From contig CAZJGU010000004.1 in assembly GCA_964545455.1 (NCBI GenBank), positions 3,409 through 67,408 on the forward strand: 64,000 bases of DNA, written 5' to 3'. Below the pieces are notes generated by a model that was not told where the DNA came from, did no database searches, and was given only the letters and a program-made list of their open reading frames with translations. The stretch comes from an uncultured bacterium. Lineage in GTDB: Bacteria; Deinococcota; Deinococci; Deinococcales; Trueperaceae. How positions within the stretch are numbered: position 1 is the first letter of the stretch; the number at the start of each line of letters is the position of its first letter. This document shows, one piece after another, positions 7,265 through 14,561 of this stretch. The position numbers and the translations under genes are program-made.

Positions 7265-7786
7265 ATGGATCGCGTGCGGATCTTCCGCATCTACGACCAC
7301 CGCAGACCCTGGGCGCAGGCGACGGAGTTCGACCCCTTCGGTGGTGAAGGTGCCCGCCACGCCTCCGCCCGCTGGCACCACCGCGGCACCCGCGTCGCCT
7401 ACGCGGCGGCCAACCCGAGCCTCGCGCTGCTGGAGGTCCTCGTCCACATGACGCCCGCGGACTTCGGGGAGAGGACCCTCGCGGTGGCCGACGTGCCCGG
7501 CGACGCCGTCGAGGATCTCTCGCCCGCGGGCCTGGTCCAGCTCCTGAGGGATGCGGACGACGCGGGTCGCGAGGCCGGGACGCGGACCTACGGCACGGCG
7601 TGGGCGCATGAGGGCAGGAGTCTCGCCCTGCGCGTGCCCTCGCTGGTGATGCCGCACGATCGGAACGTCCTGATCAACCCCGCGCATCCCCGCTTTGCGG
7701 AGGTGACCGTCGTCGCGCGCGAGCGCGTCACGCTGGATCCGTGGGTGCAGCTGTCCGCGGTGGAGGCGGCTGCCCGATCGAGGTGA
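7265..7786 (+). CDS. RES-domain toxin (NAD+-targeting MbcT/ParT family)
   Basis: ORF 6761-7786 trimmed to ATG 7265. R..E..S signature: ARWHHRGTRVAY, NPSLALLEVLVH, LRVPSLVMPHDRNVLINP. Confidence 0.85.
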   Translation: MDRVRIFRIYDHRRPWAQATEFDPFGGEGARHASARWHHRGTRVAYAAANPSLALLEVLVHMTPADFGERTLAVADVPGDAVEDLSPAGLVQLLRDADDAGREAGTRTYGTAWAHEGRSLALRVPSLVMPHDRNVLINPAHPRFAEVTVVARERVTLDPWVQLSAVEAAARSR

Positions 7787-7878
7787 TGCTCGCCTCTCGG
7801 CTCGCGTCCCGGTCGCGCCGGTCCTGCGAGGTAAAATCCGCACCTTAAGGTAGAAAGCACCATGCTCGTGAGGAGCGC

Positions 7879-8127
7879 ATGGCCCTGAACCTGAAGTCCC
7901 GGACCGTTCACGACCTCGCGCGTGAGCTCGCCGATCTGACCGACGACACCATGACCGGCGCGGTCGAGGTTGCGTTGCGCGAGGCCATCGATCGCCGTCG
8001 CCCCGCCGTCGACACGAAGCGCGAACTCCTCGGGCGCATCGCAGCGCACTGCGCCGCGTTGCCCGTTCTCGACCGTCGATCCCCTGAGGAGATCCTCGGG
8101 TACGACGCGGACGGCCTTCCCGGCTGA
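7879..8127 (+). CDS. vapB: VapB-family antitoxin
   Basis: 82 aa. LARELADLTDDTMTGAVEVALREAI...ILGYDADGLPG. GAGGAG SD. The stop overlaps the vapC ATG by 1 nt. The CCTTAAGG palindrome lies at 7843-7850. Confidence 0.75.
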   Translation: MALNLKSRTVHDLARELADLTDDTMTGAVEVALREAIDRRRPAVDTKRELLGRIAAHCAALPVLDRRSPEEILGYDADGLPG

Positions 8128-8525
8128 TGGTCGTCGACACGTCGGCGTTGGTCGCGGCCCTGTCGGGGGAGGAACACGCCGACCGCGTGCTGGATGCGAT
8201 CTCCACGACGGCCGACGTCTCCCTCTCGATGGGCACGCTTCTGGAGGCGCGCATGGTGCTGATGGCGCGCTACGGCGAGGAGGGGGTGCGCGACCTGGAT
8301 CTCTTCCTCCACGCGGCGGGCGTCCGGATCGAGCCCGTCTCGCGCGATCAGATCGACGTCGCGACCGAGGGATTCCGACGCTACGGGAAGGGCCGCCACG
8401 TCGCCGGGCTGAACCATGGGGACCTGTTCGCCTATGGTCTCGCGTCGCTGCGAGCCGAACCCCTTCTGTTCGTCGGGGACGACTTCGCCATGACCGACGT
8501 CACGTCGGTGCTGGACGGAGGATGA
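8127..8525 (+). CDS. vapC: PIN-domain toxin VapC
   Basis: MVVDTSALVAAL...GDLFAYGLA...LLFVGDDFAMTDV shows the PIN acidic residues. Confidence 0.85.
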   Translation: MVVDTSALVAALSGEEHADRVLDAISTTADVSLSMGTLLEARMVLMARYGEEGVRDLDLFLHAAGVRIEPVSRDQIDVATEGFRRYGKGRHVAGLNHGDLFAYGLASLRAEPLLFVGDDFAMTDVTSVLDGG

Positions 8526-8604
8526 AGGCTCGGACGCATCGCGGGTCCCTGCGGCTGGCCGCTGACCCGCCACGACCGACGTCGGACGGCTCGCCGCTCG
8601 CGTC

Positions 8605-9225
8605 CTAGGTTCCGACCAGCTCCCGCCGCCGCTCCCTGACGCTGCTGCGCTCCATCTCTCGTCCCACGCCGATCCTCTCGGCGTAGCCCTCGACGTAGCG
8701 CTCCTGCTCGCGCGTTTCGATCGCGCCCGGGCGGGCGCTGCGGACGCGCGCGACCGCGCGCGTCGGCCTCTCGCCCAAACGGACCAGTACGCAAGCGGCG
8801 ACCAGGCCGCTGCGACCCAAGCCCCCGCGGCAGAACACGGTGACGGTGCGGCCATCGTGCAGGTCGTCGCGCACGCGGGCGACCAGCCGGTCGAAGGCGT
8901 CGGCCTGGTCCGTAGCGGGAACCGACCGGTCGGCGATCTCGAAGCGGCGGACGGTCAGGCCGGTCCGCTCCGCGCGGTCGATCAGGCGTGGGACGCCCAG
9001 CATCGCGTACTCGTAGGGGCGCAGCAGCGCGACCAACACGTCGCTGCCGTACCGACTCCGCAGGACGCTCAGGTCGTCGTCCATGTCGCGCAGCCAGCGG
9101 ACGCGGTCGGTCTCGCTGGGCGCGTTCTTGCCCGGCGCGAAGGTCAGGCCCAGGCGGCCGGGCAGGCCCGGCGTGGGAACGACGTCGACACGGATCGGGT
9201 GGGTGTCGGACGTCGCGTGGATCAT
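8605..9225 (-). CDS. Cys-based protein phosphatase, paralog of 4680-5258
   Basis: ORF 8605-9327 trimmed to ATG 9225. It aligns along its full length with the first copy (by eye about 40-45% identity). The P-loop is FCRGGLGRSG, with Phe instead of His before the Cys. Confidence 0.75.
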   Translation of the reverse strand: MIHATSDTHPIRVDVVPTPGLPGRLGLTFAPGKNAPSETDRVRWLRDMDDDLSVLRSRYGSDVLVALLRPYEYAMLGVPRLIDRAERTGLTVRRFEIADRSVPATDQADAFDRLVARVRDDLHDGRTVTVFCRGGLGRSGLVAACVLVRLGERPTRAVARVRSARPGAIETREQERYVEGYAERIGVGREMERSSVRERRRELVGT

Positions 9226-9704
9226 GCGCGCGCCTTGTCGGTCGTGCGTCGTAGGTGGTCGCTGTGGTCGTGCGGTCGTGCCATCGCGGTCCCCCTTCGC
9301 CCTGGTTCGCATCCTACGCGAAACCATGCCTGTACGTCGAACCGTAGCGGGATCCGGCTCACGGACTACGCACGTTCAGGGGTACGGCCGAGGGTCCGTG
9401 GGGGCGCGTGGCCGTGGCGACGCTCGGAGTCACGCATGGATCGGATGCGGTGCCCCCGCACGCCGTGGCATCGCAGGGGTCCGATGCTGGACTACGTCGG
9501 GATCCACGTGAGCGCCTGGGCGCGGCGAACCGGTGCGCCGCTGCCGTACGACGATCGCGACCCGAACGCGACGGGACCCGGGCCACGATGCCGTCGTCCG
9601 CGAGGATCCGGATCGGATCGAGGTCGAGGTGGTAGCGCGGGGGTGAGGCGGCCTGCGGCCGCGGACGCGTGGGAGCGCCCGCGGCCGCACCGGCTGCGTC
9701 GGGC

Positions 9705-10331
9705 TCAGTCCCGCTGCCGGAGGACGGGAACCGTCAGTTTGCGGTCCACGACGTAGTAGGTGCCCGCCGCCACGTAGTAGCGGCCGTCCATCCCGACGTC
9801 GTCCAGGTACGCCTGGGTCAGGAACGCGTCGCGCGTGAAGGTCAGCGACCGAACCCGGACGTCGGCGTCGCGGGCGAAGCGCACGCTGAAGCCCCACTCG
9901 TACGCCGACTCTTCGGTGACGATGCCGGTGAAGAACTCGCCGACGCCGATCGCGCCACCCTGCAGCACGATGCCGGTGCGGGCGTCGCCGATCCGGGGCG
10001 CGTCCGCGGCGCGGAGCGCCTGGGTCTGCTCGCCGTCGTCGTCGCCCGCGCAGGGGAAGATCCGGCACAGCGCACCGATGACCACGTCGATCACCGTGCC
10101 GATCCCGTCGGTGTTGACGTTGATCGTGCCCTTCACCTCGGTCGAGCCGCCGGGCAGGTCGACCTCGGCGTCGACCTCGATCTCGGCCTCGATAAAGGGA
10201 GAAGGGTCGCCGCTCGGAACCTGAGCGGCCGCGAGGCCCAGCCAGGCCGCCACGAGGATCGCCAGGAGCACCCGCCGCAGCGGGCGGTCGGTCGTGAGGG
10301 CGGGAAGGGCGGACGAAACGGGGGTGGGCAT
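9705..10331 (-). CDS. Secreted hypothetical protein (208 aa)
   Basis: Tail of ORF 9705-11537 from ATG 10331 (AGGAGG upstream). Signal peptide LLAILVAAWLGLAAAQ. Cys pair CRIFPC. Confidence 0.6.
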   Translation of the reverse strand: MPTPVSSALPALTTDRPLRRVLLAILVAAWLGLAAAQVPSGDPSPFIEAEIEVDAEVDLPGGSTEVKGTINVNTDGIGTVIDVVIGALCRIFPCAGDDDGEQTQALRAADAPRIGDARTGIVLQGGAIGVGEFFTGIVTEESAYEWGFSVRFARDADVRVRSLTFTRDAFLTQAYLDDVGMDGRYYVAAGTYYVVDRKLTVPVLRQRD

Positions 10332-10363
10332 GACGTTCCTCCTCGGGTTCGGGTGACGGTCGC

Positions 10364-11380
10364 TCACCGGTCGGTGCCGGTGCCGTCGGGCGTAGCGTCG
10401 GATTCGGAGGCGGGGTGCTCCCGCGTCGGGGCCGCCGTCGGGCCGGCGATGCGGACGCCGGCGAGCTCCGCGACGGCGGCGTCCAGGACCCGCAGGTCGA
10501 GGGCGTTGCCGTCGAACGTGGCGCCGACGAGGTGAGCGGACGACCCCTCGCTCAGCGTCAGCGCGACGCCCGGGTGGAACGCGAGGCGGACCGCGTCGAA
10601 GGTGGCCTGGGCCCGGCCGCGCACGAAGACGGCGGCGACCCCGCCGTCGACGCTGCCGCCGTCCTCGACGGCGACCGACGCGAGGACGGCGCGGGCGTCG
10701 TCCCGCAGCTGCAGCGCGGCGCCCTCGTGCGAGCGGATTTCGCCGCCGTGCATCTCCATTTCCGCCTCGCCGGCGATCAGGACGCCGGCCCCGTTGTTGA
10801 CCAGCACGACCCCGTCGAGACGGAGGAGCGCCCGGTCGCGCACCTCGATCGCGTGGCCGCCGTGGCGACCGAAGCCGCCACCTGCGACCGTCACGTCGGC
10901 GGTTCCGGTGGCCACCAGTCCGCTGCCCAAGCCGTAGGGACGCTCGGGCGTGGCGTCCCCGCCGGCCACGGCGAAGGCGGCATCGATCTCGTCGAGGATC
11001 ACGGACGCGTCGCGCACCCGGATCAGGTCGCCGGGCGCGTCCGCGGCGTAGGCCAGGCCGACGCGCGCGATGTGCACACGGGCGCCGGGCTCGATGGCGA
11101 GGCCCACCGGAGCGCCGGCCAGGTTCAGGCGCACGGTGCCGGGCTGCTCGGCCCGCAGCTCGATCGCGCCGCGCAGGACGAGTGTCTCGGCGACGTCGTA
11201 GACGCCGGGTTCGACCGTCACCACGCCTCCGTCGGCCACGGCACGGACCAGGGCGGCGGCGTCGGCCACCCGCACGCTCTCCTGGCTGGGCTGCCCGAGC
11301 GCGAAGGCCGCCAGCGCCAGCGACGCAGCCACGAGCAGCTGCCTCGCGGGCACGGGGGCGCGGTCGATCCGGCTTCGCAT
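10364..11380 (-). CDS. Secreted right-handed parallel beta-helix repeat protein
   Basis: ORF 10364-11662 trimmed to ATG 11380 (ATGA overlap with the upstream stop). Signal peptide LLVAASLALAAFALGQ. Periodic G/N/V-rich beta-helix repeats. Confidence 0.7.
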   Translation of the reverse strand: MRSRIDRAPVPARQLLVAASLALAAFALGQPSQESVRVADAAALVRAVADGGVVTVEPGVYDVAETLVLRGAIELRAEQPGTVRLNLAGAPVGLAIEPGARVHIARVGLAYAADAPGDLIRVRDASVILDEIDAAFAVAGGDATPERPYGLGSGLVATGTADVTVAGGGFGRHGGHAIEVRDRALLRLDGVVLVNNGAGVLIAGEAEMEMHGGEIRSHEGAALQLRDDARAVLASVAVEDGGSVDGGVAAVFVRGRAQATFDAVRLAFHPGVALTLSEGSSAHLVGATFDGNALDLRVLDAAVAELAGVRIAGPTAAPTREHPASESDATPDGTGTDR

Positions 11381-12927
11381 CAGCGCCCGTCCAGGACCTG
11401 CTGGCCCACCTCGGCGAAGACGTTGTCGGCGCCCTGCACCGCCGCGGTCGACGAGAGGTGCACGCCGATCGGGGTACGCGCGATGGTGTTGCCCTGCAGG
11501 TCGGCGCGGCTCGCGTCGGACGCCACGACGCCGGCACGGACGTTGTCCACGATCTCGTTGCCGGCCAGGGTGGCGGTCGCCTCGCCGCTGACGAACACGC
11601 CGACCTGGTTGCCGACGATCTGCGTGGTGCGCAGGTCCAGCGCGGCGCCGCCGTCGACCCACACGCCGTCCGACGCGTTGTCGGCGATCCGGCTGTTCAC
11701 CACCGACGCCGCGCCCTGCGCGCCCACGACCAGGCCGTACCCGGCGCTTCCCGAGATCTCCGACGTCGACAGGCCCAGCGTCGCACCGCCGGCGGTCAGG
11801 AGCGCCCCTTCGTTGGCCACGAACACGCCGTCCTGGATCACCGCCGTGGCGGCGCCCAGCAGGCTGGTGTGGGCCCAGTCGCCGTTGCCCTCGACCCGGA
11901 CGCGCGTCAGCGTCAGCGAACTGTTCTCGTCGGCGGAGATCGCGCCGCCGGGGTTGCCGGCCAGGGTGGCGTCCTCGATCGCCAGGCGCGCGTTCCCCAG
12001 CGTCTGCAGCGCGCGCCAGGTCTGGCCGACCGCCTCGTTGCGGCCGCCGCTTCCCTGCACGGTCACGCCCCGCAGGGCGACCTGGGCCGCGCCGGTGGCC
12101 AGCAGGGCGGAGGAGGGCATGTCCCGCATCACGCCGCCGTCGAACGTGACGCGGGCGGTTCCGCCGATGGCGATGCCGGGCCAGAAGGCGTCGCGTTCGA
12201 GGTCGACCACGCCGTTGTCGAAGAACTCCACGTCTTGGAACGTGGCGACCACGTCCGGAGCGTCCAGGATCACGCCGGGCAGGTAGTGACCGCTGACGCT
12301 GCCGCCGCGCACTTCGATGGTGACGCCGCCTCCGACCGCGACGAGGCCCTGGTAGTTGGCGGTCAGGACCGAGTCGACGAGCTGCACGCGGGCGCCGGAC
12401 CGTGCCTCGATCGCGGCCAGCTGGTTGCGGGCGACGCGGAGGTCGTGCCCGACCAGGCTGGCACCGTCGATCAGGGCGATTCCGCTACCGTGACCGTCCT
12501 CGCGTCCCGGCAGGGGGGACGCGCTCGGCTCCTGCACGCGGGCGAAGCCGACGTCCGCTTCGCGCAACGTCAGGCGGGCGCCGGACACGACGATCAGGTC
12601 CGCGCCCGCCTCGCCGTCGTAGACGAGGCGCATGCCCGAGATCGAGACGTCCACGTCGCCCTCGATCCGGACGGCGATCGGCGCCCCCTGGACCTGGACG
12701 AGGACGCTGTCGCGGTTCACGCCCTCGAGTTCCAGGTCGCTCCGCACGACGACCGGTTCGCTCAGGACGTATTCGCCCGGCATGACCGCGTAGTCGCCGC
12801 CGTTCGCGAACGCTGCACGGAGCTCCTCGACCGAATCGACGATCGCCGGCTGCGCGGCGGCCACGGACAGGGCCAGACCGGCCGTCACCGTGGCGACCGC
12901 GCGGGCCGCCGTGGCGAACGGCCTCAC
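11380..12927 (-). CDS. Secreted right-handed parallel beta-helix repeat protein
   Basis: ORF 11380-14184 trimmed to GTG 12927 (GTGA overlap). Signal peptide AVATVTAGLALSVAAAQ. Repeated ...GN.I..N...GV.V... units. Confidence 0.7.
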   Translation of the reverse strand: MRPFATAARAVATVTAGLALSVAAAQPAIVDSVEELRAAFANGGDYAVMPGEYVLSEPVVVRSDLELEGVNRDSVLVQVQGAPIAVRIEGDVDVSISGMRLVYDGEAGADLIVVSGARLTLREADVGFARVQEPSASPLPGREDGHGSGIALIDGASLVGHDLRVARNQLAAIEARSGARVQLVDSVLTANYQGLVAVGGGVTIEVRGGSVSGHYLPGVILDAPDVVATFQDVEFFDNGVVDLERDAFWPGIAIGGTARVTFDGGVMRDMPSSALLATGAAQVALRGVTVQGSGGRNEAVGQTWRALQTLGNARLAIEDATLAGNPGGAISADENSSLTLTRVRVEGNGDWAHTSLLGAATAVIQDGVFVANEGALLTAGGATLGLSTSEISGSAGYGLVVGAQGAASVVNSRIADNASDGVWVDGGAALDLRTTQIVGNQVGVFVSGEATATLAGNEIVDNVRAGVVASDASRADLQGNTIARTPIGVHLSSTAAVQGADNVFAEVGQQVLDGR

Positions 12928-14240
12928 GGGGCCACCGGCCCGTAGGTGTCGTCGAAGGCGACGGCGACGGCGAAGACGTCCTCGAGCGGCATGCGCGGCA
13001 GCCACGTCTCGGAGTTGTCCGCCACGGCGCTCCCCTGGAGGTTCCAACCGAAGAAGCCGCGCACCGTGTTGGCCCACGAGTCGACCACCTCGACCTCCTC
13101 CTCGGCGGCGTTGCGGTCGATCAGCGTGCGCGCGCCGTAGAGGGCGCCCCAGCCGGGCGAGATGGCGTACTCCAGGTCGTAGCGCACGTTGCCGAAGGCG
13201 TCGTAGACCTCCAGCGCCCAGTCGGCGAGGTTCTCCAGGTCGATGATCGTGTCGAACTCCTGGTAGTCGCCCTGGGCGTTGGCGACGAAGACGTTGTCCA
13301 GCAGGACCAGGTCGCTGGCGCGCCGGGCGTTGTCGATCCCGAAGGCGTCGTTGAAGGCGAGGACGCTGTTGGTGACCTCCAGCGCGATGCGGCCCTCGAG
13401 CAGCAGGGCCGAGCCGCCGAAGCTGCCGAACGGCGTGTGCTTCTGCGTGAACAGCGCCGCGTTGCGGGTGAAGCGGTAGCTCGGGAAGTCCTCGGGATCG
13501 TCGGCCGCGATGGCGGTCGCGAGGTGGAAGCCGGCGCCGGTGTTGTTGACGGCCACCGAATCCTCGATCGTGACGTCCGCCGCCGCGCCGGGGAAGAACG
13601 CGAAGGCGCCCTGCGTCGGAGCGGTGTTGGCGACGATCACGTGACGGACGGCGACGGTGCTGTCCACGCCCGTGCGGATCAGCAGGCCGCCCGACTCGGG
13701 CGTGGGGGTGTGCTGCGGGGTGCCCTGGCGGATGATGCGGCTGCCCCGGTCGTCGGCGTAGTAGTTGCGCGGGCCGTGGTCGATGACGACGCCGTCGACG
13801 ACGACGGTGTGCTCGGTCGGTTCGCCGCGGGCCTGCATCAGGCGGGTCGCGAAGTCGCTGGTGTCGATCGTCAGGCGCGGGTCGGTGGTGAAGTTGTCGG
13901 CGTTGTGCACGCCGGTGAGCACCGTGACGTGCGCGCCCCACGGGTCGCGCGTCGCGAAGTCGGGCGCGAAGCCGCCGTAGACCTCGACGGGAACCGTGAT
14001 GCGGTCGGCACCGGAGTCGGCGCGACCGGTGAACGTGCCGCCCGTGATGCACACCACGTCGCCGGGCTCCAGGTCGGCGGCGATGTTGCCCAGGTCGCGC
14101 GCCGGCCGTTCGAGCGTCGCGACGCGGCCGCTGCCCGCTTCGGAAACGTACTTGGTGCACTCCTGGGCCAGCGCGGGGGCGCACAGGAACAGTGCGGCGG
14201 CCAGCGTCATGGCGGCACGGCGAAGGCGTGGGTCTCGCAT
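12924..14240 (-). CDS. Secreted beta-helix-like protein (DUF1565/pectin-lyase-fold-like N-terminus)
   Basis: Full ORF. Signal peptide MTLAAALFLCAPALAQ. KYVSEAGSG...PGDVVCITGGTFTG. Confidence 0.65.
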   Translation of the reverse strand: MRDPRLRRAAMTLAAALFLCAPALAQECTKYVSEAGSGRVATLERPARDLGNIAADLEPGDVVCITGGTFTGRADSGADRITVPVEVYGGFAPDFATRDPWGAHVTVLTGVHNADNFTTDPRLTIDTSDFATRLMQARGEPTEHTVVVDGVVIDHGPRNYYADDRGSRIIRQGTPQHTPTPESGGLLIRTGVDSTVAVRHVIVANTAPTQGAFAFFPGAAADVTIEDSVAVNNTGAGFHLATAIAADDPEDFPSYRFTRNAALFTQKHTPFGSFGGSALLLEGRIALEVTNSVLAFNDAFGIDNARRASDLVLLDNVFVANAQGDYQEFDTIIDLENLADWALEVYDAFGNVRYDLEYAISPGWGALYGARTLIDRNAAEEEVEVVDSWANTVRGFFGWNLQGSAVADNSETWLPRMPLEDVFAVAVAFDDTYGPVAP

Positions 14241-14267
14241 GGTGTCCTCTCTCCGCCCCGAGTGGGG

Positions 14268-14462
14268 CTAGGCCGGGTCGGACGCGTTCGCCGCCGGGTC
14301 GTGCCCGGCGGTCATCGCCTCGTCGATGAACGCCCAGGCGGCCACCCAGGTCTCGAAGCGCAGCACCTCGCGCGTGTGGAGGTCCTGGACCTCGACGCGG
14401 GTGGTGCGCTGCGAGCGGGTGAACCGGATCAGGTAGCTCCCGACGAGTCGCTCCGTGGCCAT
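14268..14462 (-). CDS. Small hypothetical protein (64 aa)
   Basis: ORF 14268-14492 trimmed to ATG 14462 (GGTGGAG SD). MATERLVGSYLIRFTRSQRTTRVEVQDLHTREVLRFETWVAAWAFIDE. It sits between the regulator and the secreted-protein operon. Confidence 0.45.
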   Translation of the reverse strand: MATERLVGSYLIRFTRSQRTTRVEVQDLHTREVLRFETWVAAWAFIDEAMTAGHDPAANASDPA

Positions 14463-14561
14463 GCGCTCCACCCTAGGGAGGCGGCGTTCCACTGCCGTTT
14501 CGTCGCTGGAGGGGGCGTAGCGGGCCGCGCCCAGGTCTCGCGACCGCGATGCGGACCGTGC

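Noticed and set aside
9304-9314. GGTTCGCATCC, which resembles a tRNA T-loop.
   Set aside because: The flanking bases do not form a T-stem, and no acceptor, D or anticodon arms can be drawn.
9484-9646. Possible glyoxalase/VOC-family gene remnant in the 479-nt non-coding gap 9226-9704 (MLDYVGIHV... and, in another frame, ...GHDAVVREDPDRIEVEVV).
   Set aside because: Only two short VOC-like strings remain. A frameshift would be needed, and the total length is under half a VOC domain. That is too little evidence to annotate. It may still explain why the gap is gene-free.
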